A stretch of 64,000 nucleotides of DNA from an uncultured Gemmatimonadaceae bacterium (GTDB taxonomy: Bacteria > Gemmatimonadota > Gemmatimonadetes > Gemmatimonadales > Gemmatimonadaceae), in NCBI GenBank assembly GCA_963843845.1, contig CAWJMB010000002.1:288001-352000 (forward strand). Reading direction: 5' to 3'. Position numbers and translations under genes: made by a program. The notes beneath the pieces are model-generated. The model was not told the origin of the DNA, made no database searches, and saw nothing but the letters and a program-made list of their open reading frames with translations. Shown here piece by piece: positions 40,576 through 49,854 of the stretch (positions within the stretch are counted from its first letter, which is position 1; every line of letters begins with the position of its first letter).

Positions 40576-41892
40576 ATGCAGCTCATTCGTTTGCTCGGCG
40601 TCGCGGCGGTCGCGAGCCTGACGGCCGCGGGGCAGGTGCCGAACGGCGCGCCGCCGGGCGTCGTCACCCTCGCGGTCGAGGGGCGCGCGAGCGCGAACCC
40701 GTCGGTCGCCGCGGCCGGCCGCTTCGTCGCCGTCGCGTTCTCCGCCGCGACGACGAACGCCATGGACATCTTCATCGCGACGAGCCGGGACGGCGGCGCC
40801 ACGTTCTCGGCCCCGGTGCGCGTGAATGCGGTCGACGGCGAGGCGCGCGTCAGCGGCGAGGAGCCGCCGCGCGTCGCGCTCGTGCCGGCGGCGGGGGGCA
40901 CGGGGCGTACGGGGGGCACGCCCGACGTCGTCGTCGTGTGGACCGCGAAGGCCGGCGCCACGTGGCGCCTGCTCTCGGCCCGCTCGCGCGACGGCGGGCG
41001 CACGTTCGGCGCGTCCGCGCCGGTGCCGGGAAGCGACGCCGGCGGGTCGCGCGGGTGGCAGTCGGTGGCGGTCGACCCGTCGGGGCGCGTGTCGGTGCTC
41101 TGGCTCGACCACCGCGGCCTCGAGCAGGCGCCGATGCAGCACGGCGGTGCGGTGCCCGCGGCGCCGAACGTGGCTGCACCGCCGGCGCCGAAGGCCGACC
41201 CGACCGAGCGCGCCGCGCTCTCGCAGCTCTATTTCGCGACGCTCGGCGGGGCGGGGCGCGCGGTGACGCGCAGCGTCTGCTACTGCTGCAAGACCGCGCT
41301 CGTCGCTGCCGGAAACGACGTCTACGCCGCATGGCGCCACGTCTACCCGGGGAGCGTGCGCGACATCGCGTTCGCCGTGTCGCACGACCGCGGGCGTACG
41401 TTCTCGTCGCCCGCGCGCGTGAGCGAGGACCGCTGGCAGATCGACGGCTGCCCGGACAACGGCCCCTCGCTCGCCGTCGACGCCGCGCGCCGTGTGCACG
41501 CCGTGTGGCCGACGGCCGGCCCCGGCCCGGGCGCGACCGGGAACGCGCCGTCGCTCGCGCTCTACTACGCCGTCTCGCGCGACGGCCGCACGTTCTCGCC
41601 GCGCGCCGCGCTCCCGACGCGCGGCCCGGCGTCGCACGCGGCGGTGGCGATCGGCGGCGACGGCGCGCCGATCGTGATGTGGGACGAGACCGTGGCCGGC
41701 GCGCGGCGACTCGGCGCGGCGCGGGTGCGCACCGACGGCGCGGGGCGTGTCACCTTCGAGGCGGTGCCGCCGCCGGACGCGGGCGCGGGGCAGTGGTATC
41801 CGGCGCTCGCCGCGAGTGGCCGCACGACGGTGGCGGCGTGGGTGCGGCAGGCCGGCCCGACGACCGTGGTCGGCGTGGGGGCGGTGCGGTGA
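40576..41892 (+). CDS. BNR/Asp-box (sialidase-fold) periplasmic protein
   Basis: Four S.D.G.TF Asp-boxes; VCYCCKT and WQIDGCPDNGP motifs. Confidence 0.8.
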   Translation: MQLIRLLGVAAVASLTAAGQVPNGAPPGVVTLAVEGRASANPSVAAAGRFVAVAFSAATTNAMDIFIATSRDGGATFSAPVRVNAVDGEARVSGEEPPRVALVPAAGGTGRTGGTPDVVVVWTAKAGATWRLLSARSRDGGRTFGASAPVPGSDAGGSRGWQSVAVDPSGRVSVLWLDHRGLEQAPMQHGGAVPAAPNVAAPPAPKADPTERAALSQLYFATLGGAGRAVTRSVCYCCKTALVAAGNDVYAAWRHVYPGSVRDIAFAVSHDRGRTFSSPARVSEDRWQIDGCPDNGPSLAVDAARRVHAVWPTAGPGPGATGNAPSLALYYAVSRDGRTFSPRAALPTRGPASHAAVAIGGDGAPIVMWDETVAGARRLGAARVRTDGAGRVTFEAVPPPDAGAGQWYPALAASGRTTVAAWVRQAGPTTVVGVGAVR

Positions 41893-41914
41893 GGGACCGC
41901 GGGAAATCGCGCGC

Positions 41915-41976
41915 ACGTGGCGCTCTGACCTGTAGGACGGCTCGCAGGAGCCGCCGCACAGGTCAGAGCGCCACGT
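41915..41976. other. Long intergenic hairpin
   Basis: Perfect 19-bp arms ACGTGGCGCTCTGACCTGT / ACAGGTCAGAGCGCCACGT with inner stem CGGCTC-GCAG-GAGCCG. Confidence 0.7.
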
Positions 41977-41992
41977 CTCCCGAGGACTCCGC

Positions 41993-42712
41993 ATGCGCAC
42001 CATCAGAACGATCCGCACCGCCCCGGCGCTCGCCGCGCTGCTCGCCGCGCTGCTCGTCGCGCCGCTCACCGCCGAGCGCGCGACGGCCCAGGTCATCTCC
42101 ACGCTGCCGGCGGAGTACAACTTCGCGGCCGATGCCTACACCGGCGCGAACTACCGCTACGTCGGCGAGAACTTCGTCGTGCCGAGCGGCGTCGGGAACG
42201 GCTTCCTCCGCGCCCTCACCGTCGGCGTCGAGGGGATCTCCGGCCGCCCCGACCTCGTGCAGCTGCGCACGTTCGTCTACGCGTGGGACGGCAACCGGCC
42301 GACTGGCTCGGCGCTCTACACGAGCCCGATCTTCTCCCCCCCGGCGACGTCGGGCTTCGTCTACCACACGTTCGCCCCCGACGTGCAGCTGACGGTCGGG
42401 AGCTCCTACGTCTTCTTCCTGAGCGGCGTGGGGCTCGCGCAGCCGTCGGTGACGACGTTCTACGGCATCGCGCAGCGCGGCACGACGGTGCGCGACGCCT
42501 ACGTCCCCGGCGTCCGCGTGAACGCCGACGACCCGAACTTCGCGAACCTCGGCACGACGACGTGGTTCAAGTCGCCCGACCGCGACATCGCGTTCGAGCT
42601 GCAGTTCGCGCCGGCGGCGTCGACCGTGCCCGAGCCCGGCACGTGGGCGCTGCTCGGCGGCGGGCTCGCGCTCCTCGGCGGCGTCGCCGCGCGCCGGCGC
42701 CGACTCGCCTGA
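41993..42712 (+). CDS. PEP-CTERM sorting domain protein
   Basis: GAGGA RBS; signal peptide; C-terminal VPEPGTWALLGGGLALLGGVAARRRR. Confidence 0.92.
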   Translation: MRTIRTIRTAPALAALLAALLVAPLTAERATAQVISTLPAEYNFAADAYTGANYRYVGENFVVPSGVGNGFLRALTVGVEGISGRPDLVQLRTFVYAWDGNRPTGSALYTSPIFSPPATSGFVYHTFAPDVQLTVGSSYVFFLSGVGLAQPSVTTFYGIAQRGTTVRDAYVPGVRVNADDPNFANLGTTTWFKSPDRDIAFELQFAPAASTVPEPGTWALLGGGLALLGGVAARRRRLA

Positions 42713-42802
42713 CGCCTCGCTGACGGCTGGAAGCGCGCCCAGGTGTGGGGCGTAATTGCGGGAGCTCTCGCGTCACCCTCCCCAGCGCCGTCCCACACCC
42801 CG

Positions 42803-44636
42803 ATGAACACTCGCCGCCAGTTCCTGATCCGCGCGCCGCTCGGCATCGCCGGCGTCGTCGCTGCGTGCCGCGACGGCGCGCAGCCGAGCGCCGCGGCCGG
42901 CTCCGCCGCACCGCCTGGTGCGCCGCCCGCGTTCGGCACCGCGCCGCCTGCCGGCCCGGCCGTGTCGGCGGCGACGTTCGCCGAGGCGGAGAAGCTCGTC
43001 CGCGTGACGATGACCGACGCCGAGCGCGCGACGGCGGCGAGCAACTGGCAGCGGCTCATGGCGACGCTCGTCGAGCGGCGGGTGGGGCCGCGGACGGTCG
43101 AGCTGCCGGACACGCTCGCGCCGGCGATGGTGTGGAATCCGTCGGCCGCGACCGGCGGGCGGGCGACCGGCGAGCGGGCCGCCGACCGGGCGCCGTCTGC
43201 GCGCGGCCGCGTCGTCCGCAGCGCGGCGGACCCCGGACCACTTCCGGCGAGCGACGACGAGATCGCGTTCGCGCCGGTGACCGCGCTGTCGCGGTGGATC
43301 GAGCGACGTCACCTGACGTCGCAGCGCCTCACCGAGATCTACCTGCGCCGCATCGAGCGGCTCGATGGTCGGCTGCGCAGCGTCATCACGGTCACGCGCG
43401 ACCGCGCGCTGCGGCAGGCGGCGGCGGCGGACGCGGAGATCGCCGCCGGCCGGTATCGCGGGCCGCTGCACGGCGTTCCGTTCGGCGTGAAAGACCTGCT
43501 CGACACGGCCGGCATCGCGACGACGTGGGGCGCCGAGCCGTATCGGGACCGCGTGCCCGAGGCGGACGCGGTCGTCGTGACGCGGCTGCGCGACGCCGGC
43601 GCCGTTCTCATCGCGAAGCTCAGCCTGGGCGCGCTGGCGCTGAACGACGTCTGGTTCGGCGGGCAGACGATGAACCCGTGGCTGCTCGAGGAAGGGTCGT
43701 CGGGGTCGAGCGCGGGGCCGGGCGCCGCCACCGCGGCGGGGCTCGTCGGCTTCTCGATCGGGAGCGAGACCGGCGGCAGCATCGTCAGCCCGAGCATGCG
43801 CTGCGGCGTGACCGGACTACGGCCGACGTTCGGACGCGTTCCGCGCACGGGCGCGATGACGCTCTGCTGGTCGCTCGACAAGCTCGGCCCGATGACGCGC
43901 GGGGTCGAGGACGCGCTGCTCGTGCTGGCCGCGATCTCGGGAGCGGACGCGGGCGACCCGTCGAGCGTGCCGTCGCGCCTCGACTACGACGCGGCGGTGC
44001 CGGTGCGCGGAGTGCGCGTCGGCGATCTTCCCGGCGTGGATGCGCGAGGCGCCGGCGACCGAGGTGGACCGCCGCGCCGTCGACGTCGTGCGATCGTCGG
44101 GCATGACGACCGTCGATCTCGCGTTCCCCGACCTGCCGTACGCGTCGATGATGCCGATCCTGTTCGCCGAGGCGGCGGCGTCGTTCGAGGAGCTGACGCT
44201 GAGCGACCGTGACGACCGGCTCCGCGTGCAGGTGCCGGACGCGTGGCCGAACCTGTTCCGCCAGGCGCGCTTCCTGTCGGCCGTCGACTTCGTGCAGGGC
44301 GACCGGCTGCGTCGGCGGTTGGCCGCGGAGATGGCGCGGCTGTTCGAGCGCGTCGACGTGCTGCTCGTCCCCTCGCTGCGCGACGAGATGCTGACGACGA
44401 CGAACTTCACCGGGCACCCGTCGCTCACGCTGCGCGCCGGCTTCGTGCAGGTGAGCGAGGCGCGCAGCGACTGGGCGCCGGATCCGGAGCATCCGCTCCC
44501 CAGCTTCTCGCCGCCGCGGCGGGTGCCGCACGGCGTCACGCTGATCGGGCGATTGTTCGACGAAGGGACACTGACGCGAGTGGGCGTCGCGCTGGAGCGT
44601 GGGTTCGGTGTGGCGGCGGAGCGGCCCACGCTGTAG
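42803..44636 (+). CDS. Amidase-signature family enzyme with twin-arginine signal (frameshift near 44025)
   Basis: MNTRRQFL; GPLHGVPFGVKD, GSSGSSAG, IGSETGGSIVSP, SLDKLGP; C-half TNFTGHP..G.LFDEG is in the next frame. Confidence 0.85.
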
Positions 44637-44740
44637 GAGCTGCAAGCAGGTCGCGGACGCCTCTGCCGTAGAACGCTCGTGCCGCGCGTGAGCCGCCGTC
44701 GCGGGATCATGCCGGGCATCGAGCCCCCATTCCCGTTCAG

Positions 44741-46990
44741 TCAGTACTGCAAATCCCTGGTGTGAAATGGCCGCGCCGGCGCCGTGCCGAGGATGCGGCG
44801 GAGGACGGCGTTCAGCGTGTCGGGGTCGTTGTCGAAGCCGCCGTGACTGTTGCTCCGGCTCACGCTCGCCGCCTCGCCGGGCTCGCCGGCGACGACGAGG
44901 TTGGGGAGCCCGCTCGTCGTGCCGGCGACGAGCGCCGCGACGTCGGGGTCGGCGACGCGGGCGTCGACGCCGGCCTTGTCGCTGATGTAGCGGAGCATGC
45001 CGAGGATGGGCGTCTCGCGGCGTCCGGAGAAGGCATTGCTCACGAGGTAGAGCAGCGACTTGCCGTACGGGCCGACCCCGTCGTCGCGCTCGCCGACGTC
45101 GCTCAGCACGTAGAGCGTCGGCGTCGGACACCGCTTCCCGACGACGTGCGGGTAGACGAGGCGCTTGAACAGGTCGACGGTGATCGCCGGCGCCATCAGC
45201 TGCAACGAGCGGAACGGGAGCCCGCTCTCGACGAGCAGCGGCAGCAGGTGCGCGGCGAAGATGCTTCCCGCGCTGTGGCCCACGACGTGGATCTCCCAGT
45301 CACGCGCGCCGGCGGCGGCCGCCGCCGTACCCGACTGCGCGACGTGCTTCGCGAGCAGCTGCATCGCGCCGCGCCCGTTCGGCCGCGCCGAGGCGAGCGC
45401 CGCGTTCTCCTTCATCTCGCGCCACATCGCGCCGCCGAGCTTCGCCGTCGTCAGCTCGATCGTGCGGTCGCGCGCCTCGAGCAGTCCGTCGCGCATCCGC
45501 GCGAGCCAGTCGGCGGCCGCGCCCGACCGCGCGTCGTGCGGCGCGACGAGGTCGGTGATCATGTCGGCGATCGTCTCCATCCCCCCCGACTCCCACATGA
45601 CGTGGAGGGGGTAGATCTCGTTCGCGAGCAATACGTCGCGAAAAGCGACGATCCGGCGTGCCACGGCGCGCTCGCCGTTCAAGCCGCCGTGCAGGTAGAG
45701 CAGGATGCGCTTCTTCTTCCAGCGCGCCGTCGTGGTCGGGATGTAGTCGGTCAGCAGCCGGCGGAGATCCTCCTCGGTCGTGAAGTAGTCGCCCGAGTCG
45801 GAGAGGCTGCCGTTGTTGCCGACGTCGACGACGTACGGGCGGATCTCGCTCAGCGGCACCGCCTGCGCGGCGCGCTGGCGCCCGCGCGTCGTGTCCGCGT
45901 TCCCCGCGCTCCACACGTCGACGTCGATCGGCACGCCGAGCTGCGCGGCCCAGACGTCGGTCGCGTGGAGCAGGAAGTCTTCGTACGGCAGCAACGCGAA
46001 GCCGCCGTCTCCCCACGACCGCCCCCACGAGTTCTGCACGATGAAGCCGTGCGCCGTGTAGCCGACGATCGCCACCGCATGCCCGCTGTCCGCCCGCCCC
46101 TTGCGCGCGATGAGCGGCAGCCGTCGCGTGCGCACGCCCCCTTCGACGACGTAGTGCACGTCGAACCGTTCGTCGTCGAACGCGTCCCACCCTTCGTGCA
46201 CCATCAGCGTGCAGTACAGGATGCCGACCTCGGCCAGCGCGGCGTGCATGTCGCGCACGTTGCGGTGGTCGATGCGGTAGAAGGCGCCGCCGGGGGTGGA
46301 GCGCGCGAGGTCGGCGATCGTGAGCGGGGGGCCCGTCCGCCCGCGCCGTCGAACCGATTCGAGCAGGCGGTCGGTCTTCACGTCGACCGTCGACCAGTGG
46401 CGCGCCTCGCAGACGCCATGGCGCACCCACCCTTTCATCGCGCCGCGCGCGCTCGAGCCTTCGTACTCCTCGCCCGGCCACTCGTCGTAGCGGCGCGCGA
46501 GACGATAGAGCATGTACGGGCTGACCGCGCGCTCGATGCGGCGCTGCGCGAGCAGGTAGTTGACGACCGCGGCGAGCGCGAAGCCGGTGCACGCGCCCTC
46601 CCGCCCTTGGTCGAGCACGTGCGGCACGAGGTCGCAGTTCACGACCTGGTCGGGGAGCGCGACGAGTCGCGGCTGATAGAACCAGTCGCGGATGTCGACG
46701 CGGTCGGGCACCGCGTCGAGCGTGCGCTGCACGCGCTCGGCGGCATCGACGGTGCGCTCGGGCGCGCGGCGCCTCGACGCGGAAGGGCGCGTGGTCTTCG
46801 GCTTCGAGGCATCGGCGGCGGCCGCGCGGTCGTCGGCGGCGAGGTCGGCGTCTGCGTTCGCAGGCGCGACGCGCTTGGCGGTCGCGCTGCGCTTGGCGGT
46901 CGCGCTGCGCTTCGTGCCGCTCGTGCCGCGTGGCGCGGTGGCACCGCGCGACCTCGCGGCAGAGGTCGCGGGAGGGCGCTTGCTGGGCAT
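44741..46990 (-). CDS. C1 (papain-like) peptidase fused to an alpha/beta-hydrolase-like domain
   Basis: VLDQGREGACTGFALA, SGHAVAIVGY, IVQNSWG; C-domain LYLHGGLN, VGHSAGS, SHGGFDND. Confidence 0.8.
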   Translation of the reverse strand: MPSKRPPATSAARSRGATAPRGTSGTKRSATAKRSATAKRVAPANADADLAADDRAAAADASKPKTTRPSASRRRAPERTVDAAERVQRTLDAVPDRVDIRDWFYQPRLVALPDQVVNCDLVPHVLDQGREGACTGFALAAVVNYLLAQRRIERAVSPYMLYRLARRYDEWPGEEYEGSSARGAMKGWVRHGVCEARHWSTVDVKTDRLLESVRRRGRTGPPLTIADLARSTPGGAFYRIDHRNVRDMHAALAEVGILYCTLMVHEGWDAFDDERFDVHYVVEGGVRTRRLPLIARKGRADSGHAVAIVGYTAHGFIVQNSWGRSWGDGGFALLPYEDFLLHATDVWAAQLGVPIDVDVWSAGNADTTRGRQRAAQAVPLSEIRPYVVDVGNNGSLSDSGDYFTTEEDLRRLLTDYIPTTTARWKKKRILLYLHGGLNGERAVARRIVAFRDVLLANEIYPLHVMWESGGMETIADMITDLVAPHDARSGAAADWLARMRDGLLEARDRTIELTTAKLGGAMWREMKENAALASARPNGRGAMQLLAKHVAQSGTAAAAAGARDWEIHVVGHSAGSIFAAHLLPLLVESGLPFRSLQLMAPAITVDLFKRLVYPHVVGKRCPTPTLYVLSDVGERDDGVGPYGKSLLYLVSNAFSGRRETPILGMLRYISDKAGVDARVADPDVAALVAGTTSGLPNLVVAGEPGEAASVSRSNSHGGFDNDPDTLNAVLRRILGTAPARPFHTRDLQY

Positions 46991-47198
46991 GTCGTGTCCC
47001 CTGTTCCCAGGGTGGCGGGTCACAGCGCGCTCGGTCCTCCGTGAGCGCGGCGCTAGCCTAGCATCGCCGGACGTGACGCGCCAGCGAGCTGGACTCGCCG
47101 CGCGGCGTCCCTGCATGAACCGCGTGGACGGCGATCCATGTCGCTCGGCTTCCTGGGGACCGCGTGTCCACGCCTCCACGACGCGTTCGCGAGGCCGT

Positions 47199-48479
47199 TC
47201 AGCTGTCGTCGTCCGCTTCGAGGCGGGTGCGCTCCACGCTGCCGCCGAGCCGCGCCGCCGCGTCGTCCGACGCCAGCTCCTCGAGCGTGAGCCGCGTGAG
47301 CGCGAGCACCCGCCGCGCCCGGTCCGCGAGGAGGTCGCCGCTCGGCGCTCCCCACCCGCCGTCCGCGTCGAACGCCGCGAGCTGGTGCGCCGCGCGCCGC
47401 ACGACACGCTGCAAGACGACGAACGCGCCGGCGCCTAACGGCGGCGTGCCGCGGTAGTTCGCGAGGCGCCCGTCGGCGCGGAAGTGGCCGGCGCGCTCGA
47501 GTCCCATGAACTGGAGGAACCAGTCGGCGCGGAACGCGCCGGCGGTCGCCGTCATGCCGACGAAGTCGGCGATGAGCTCGTCGAGCAGCGCGTTGCGCAT
47601 GGAGCCGAACGCGCGGCGCGTGACGTAGTGCGCGCACTCGTGCTCGAGACGGATCTCGAGCGAGAGCTGGCGCCACGTCGAGTCCGAGAGGCCGAGCGCG
47701 GCGGCGGGCACGCCGCTGTACGGACCGCTGCTCAGCACGATGAAGCGGTCCTGGTAGCGCGGCCTGTCGGGGATGAGCGCGCGGAAGGCGGCGTTCCACT
47801 CGCCCGCAGCCGCGCGGGGGTGCGCCTGCTCCCACGCGCGGCGCTCGTCGGCGACGCGCGACCAGTTGTTGTAGCCGCCGACGATCGACGCGCCCTGCGA
47901 CGCGGGGATCGGCACGGGCTCGTTCTGCGCCGTCAGCGCGCGGATGAGGGTCTCGAAGTCGGCGCGCGCCCGGGCGACGATCACGCCGATGCGGCCGGCC
48001 GCGGTCGGGTGGACGAACAGCCGCAGTCCGTCCGGGTCGACGAACTCGGCGCCGTCGGTCGGACCGCTCGGCACGCCCGTCAGCTCGCCGCGGCGCGTGG
48101 CGGCGCGATACGTGTCGGTCGCGGAGATGCCGGCGGCGACGGGGAAGCGCAGCTGCACGAGGTGGCGGCGCAGCACGTCGTCGACCGGCGCCCCGGTCGA
48201 CTCCGCCGCGTACCGCTGCCACGCCGCGGCGCACGGCTCGTCGGCGAGCGGGTAGACCGCGTCACGCGTCGTCGGCGCGAAGTCGTTGCGCCCGTAGGCG
48301 AGCAGCTCGCCGACCTCCGCGTCGGTCGCGCCACACGCGCGGAGCACGTGCCGCCGAACGGTCTCCACGTCGTGTGCGAGCCCGTCGTCGTCGACGGGCC
48401 GCGCGAACGCGTTCGGCCGCGTGCCCGACCGCGTGCCCGACCGCGTGGCGACCGGCCCGGCGAGGGCGGGGGCGCTCAC
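47199..48479 (-). CDS. Uncharacterised HExxH protein, last gene of the RiPP operon
   Basis: IRLEHECAHY followed by DELIADF; GTGA-coupled to the upstream binding-protein gene. Confidence 0.7.
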   Translation of the reverse strand: MSAPALAGPVATRSGTRSGTRPNAFARPVDDDGLAHDVETVRRHVLRACGATDAEVGELLAYGRNDFAPTTRDAVYPLADEPCAAAWQRYAAESTGAPVDDVLRRHLVQLRFPVAAGISATDTYRAATRRGELTGVPSGPTDGAEFVDPDGLRLFVHPTAAGRIGVIVARARADFETLIRALTAQNEPVPIPASQGASIVGGYNNWSRVADERRAWEQAHPRAAAGEWNAAFRALIPDRPRYQDRFIVLSSGPYSGVPAAALGLSDSTWRQLSLEIRLEHECAHYVTRRAFGSMRNALLDELIADFVGMTATAGAFRADWFLQFMGLERAGHFRADGRLANYRGTPPLGAGAFVVLQRVVRRAAHQLAAFDADGGWGAPSGDLLADRARRVLALTRLTLEELASDDAAARLGGSVERTRLEADDDS

Positions 48480-49737
48480 GGCCGGGCTCCTCGTGCCACC
48501 GCGGACGCCGCGGACGCCGCGGACGCCGAGGCGGTCGAGGCGACGGCGCGCGCCGGGTCGCCGACGTACTCGAAGCGCCCGCCGCGCACGACCGTCTTCA
48601 CGATCGGCCGCTCCGCCAGCTCGCCGTTCGCGGCGAACGTGAACGCGCCGGTGACGCCCTCCCAGCCGCGCGCCGCGTGCAGCGTGCGCGCGACGTCGTC
48701 AGGTGCAGCGGATCTCGCCTCGCGCATCGCGTGCACGAGCAGCCGCACCGCGTCGTAGCCGAGCGCCGAGCCGGCGTCGGGGGGGACGCCGTAGCGGCCG
48801 CGAAACGCGTCGGCGAAGCGCCGCACCTCGGGGCGCGGCTCGTCGGGGTGGAAGACGGTCGCCACGATCATGCCGTCCGCCGCCCTCCCGGCCGAGAGCA
48901 GCGCGTCCGAGCTCATCGCGTCGCCGCCGAGGATCGGCGTCGTGAGCCCCTGGCGGCGCGCCTCGGCGACGAAGCCGGCGGCGGAGGGCACCTCGCCCGC
49001 GAGGAAGACGGCGTCGAGCTCGAGCGCCTTCCACGCGCGGACGACCGGCGCGAACGACGCCGTGCCGGGCTGCGCGCCACCCTGTTCGGTCGGGTCGTAC
49101 GACTCGCGCGCGACGACGGTGAGCCCGGCGCCGGCCCCGCGCTCCTCGAACGCGTTCGCGAGGCCGCGGCCGTAGCGGTTGCGGATGTAGAAGATCGCGA
49201 CGCGCCGGTAGCCGCGCCGCGCGGCGAAGTCCGCCATCTGCCGGCCGACCTCGCGCTCGGAGAACGTCGCGCGGAAGACGCGGCGATAGCCCTGCGACGT
49301 CAGCTCGGGGTCGGTCGCGGTCGGCGAGACCATGACGAGCCCCGACAGATCGTAGATGCCGGCGGCAGGGACGGTGACGTACGACTGTAAGTGACCGATG
49401 ACGGCGACGACGTCGGGATCGGCGCCGAGCTGCTGCGCGACGACGCGCCCCTCGTCGACCGACTCCTTGTCGTCGCGCTCGGCGAGGCGGATGCGGCGGC
49501 CGAGCACACCGCCGGCGGCGTTCGCCTCGTCGACGGCCATGCGCAGCCCTTCGGCGTAGCGGATCTCGCGCCGCGCGGCCCACGGCCACGCGACGCCGAT
49601 GACGACGTCGCCCGTGCCGCTGCGGGCGCGGGCCTCGCGGGCCTCGTGGGGGAGCGCTCGGCGCAGGCGGCGAGCGCCGCGCCCAACGCCGTCGCGGCGA
49701 GCGCGAGCGGCAGAACGTGCCTGACGGAGGACGACAT
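48476..49737 (-). CDS. LivJ-like ABC substrate-binding lipoprotein (frameshift near 49650)
   Basis: Lipobox LAAC; AVDEANAAGGVLGR, AVIGHLQS, SPTATDPELT, YGRGLA..F, ALGYDA, GVTG..TF..NG. Confidence 0.85.
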
Positions 49738-49762
49738 GAGATGACCCGGTGGCTGGGATTTA

Positions 49763-49837
49763 TTGACGGAAGGAACAGAAAGAACGGAATCGGTCCATGA
49801 TCGGTGCTCTGCTTCCGTTCCTCCTGATCCTTCGGTC
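49763..49837. repeat. Palindromic intergenic element, family A copy 3
   Basis: GACGGAAGGAACAGAAAGAACGGAA ... TTCCGTTCCTCCTGATCCTTCGGTC. Confidence 0.7.
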
Positions 49838-49854
49838 GGAACGGACGGGCACGA

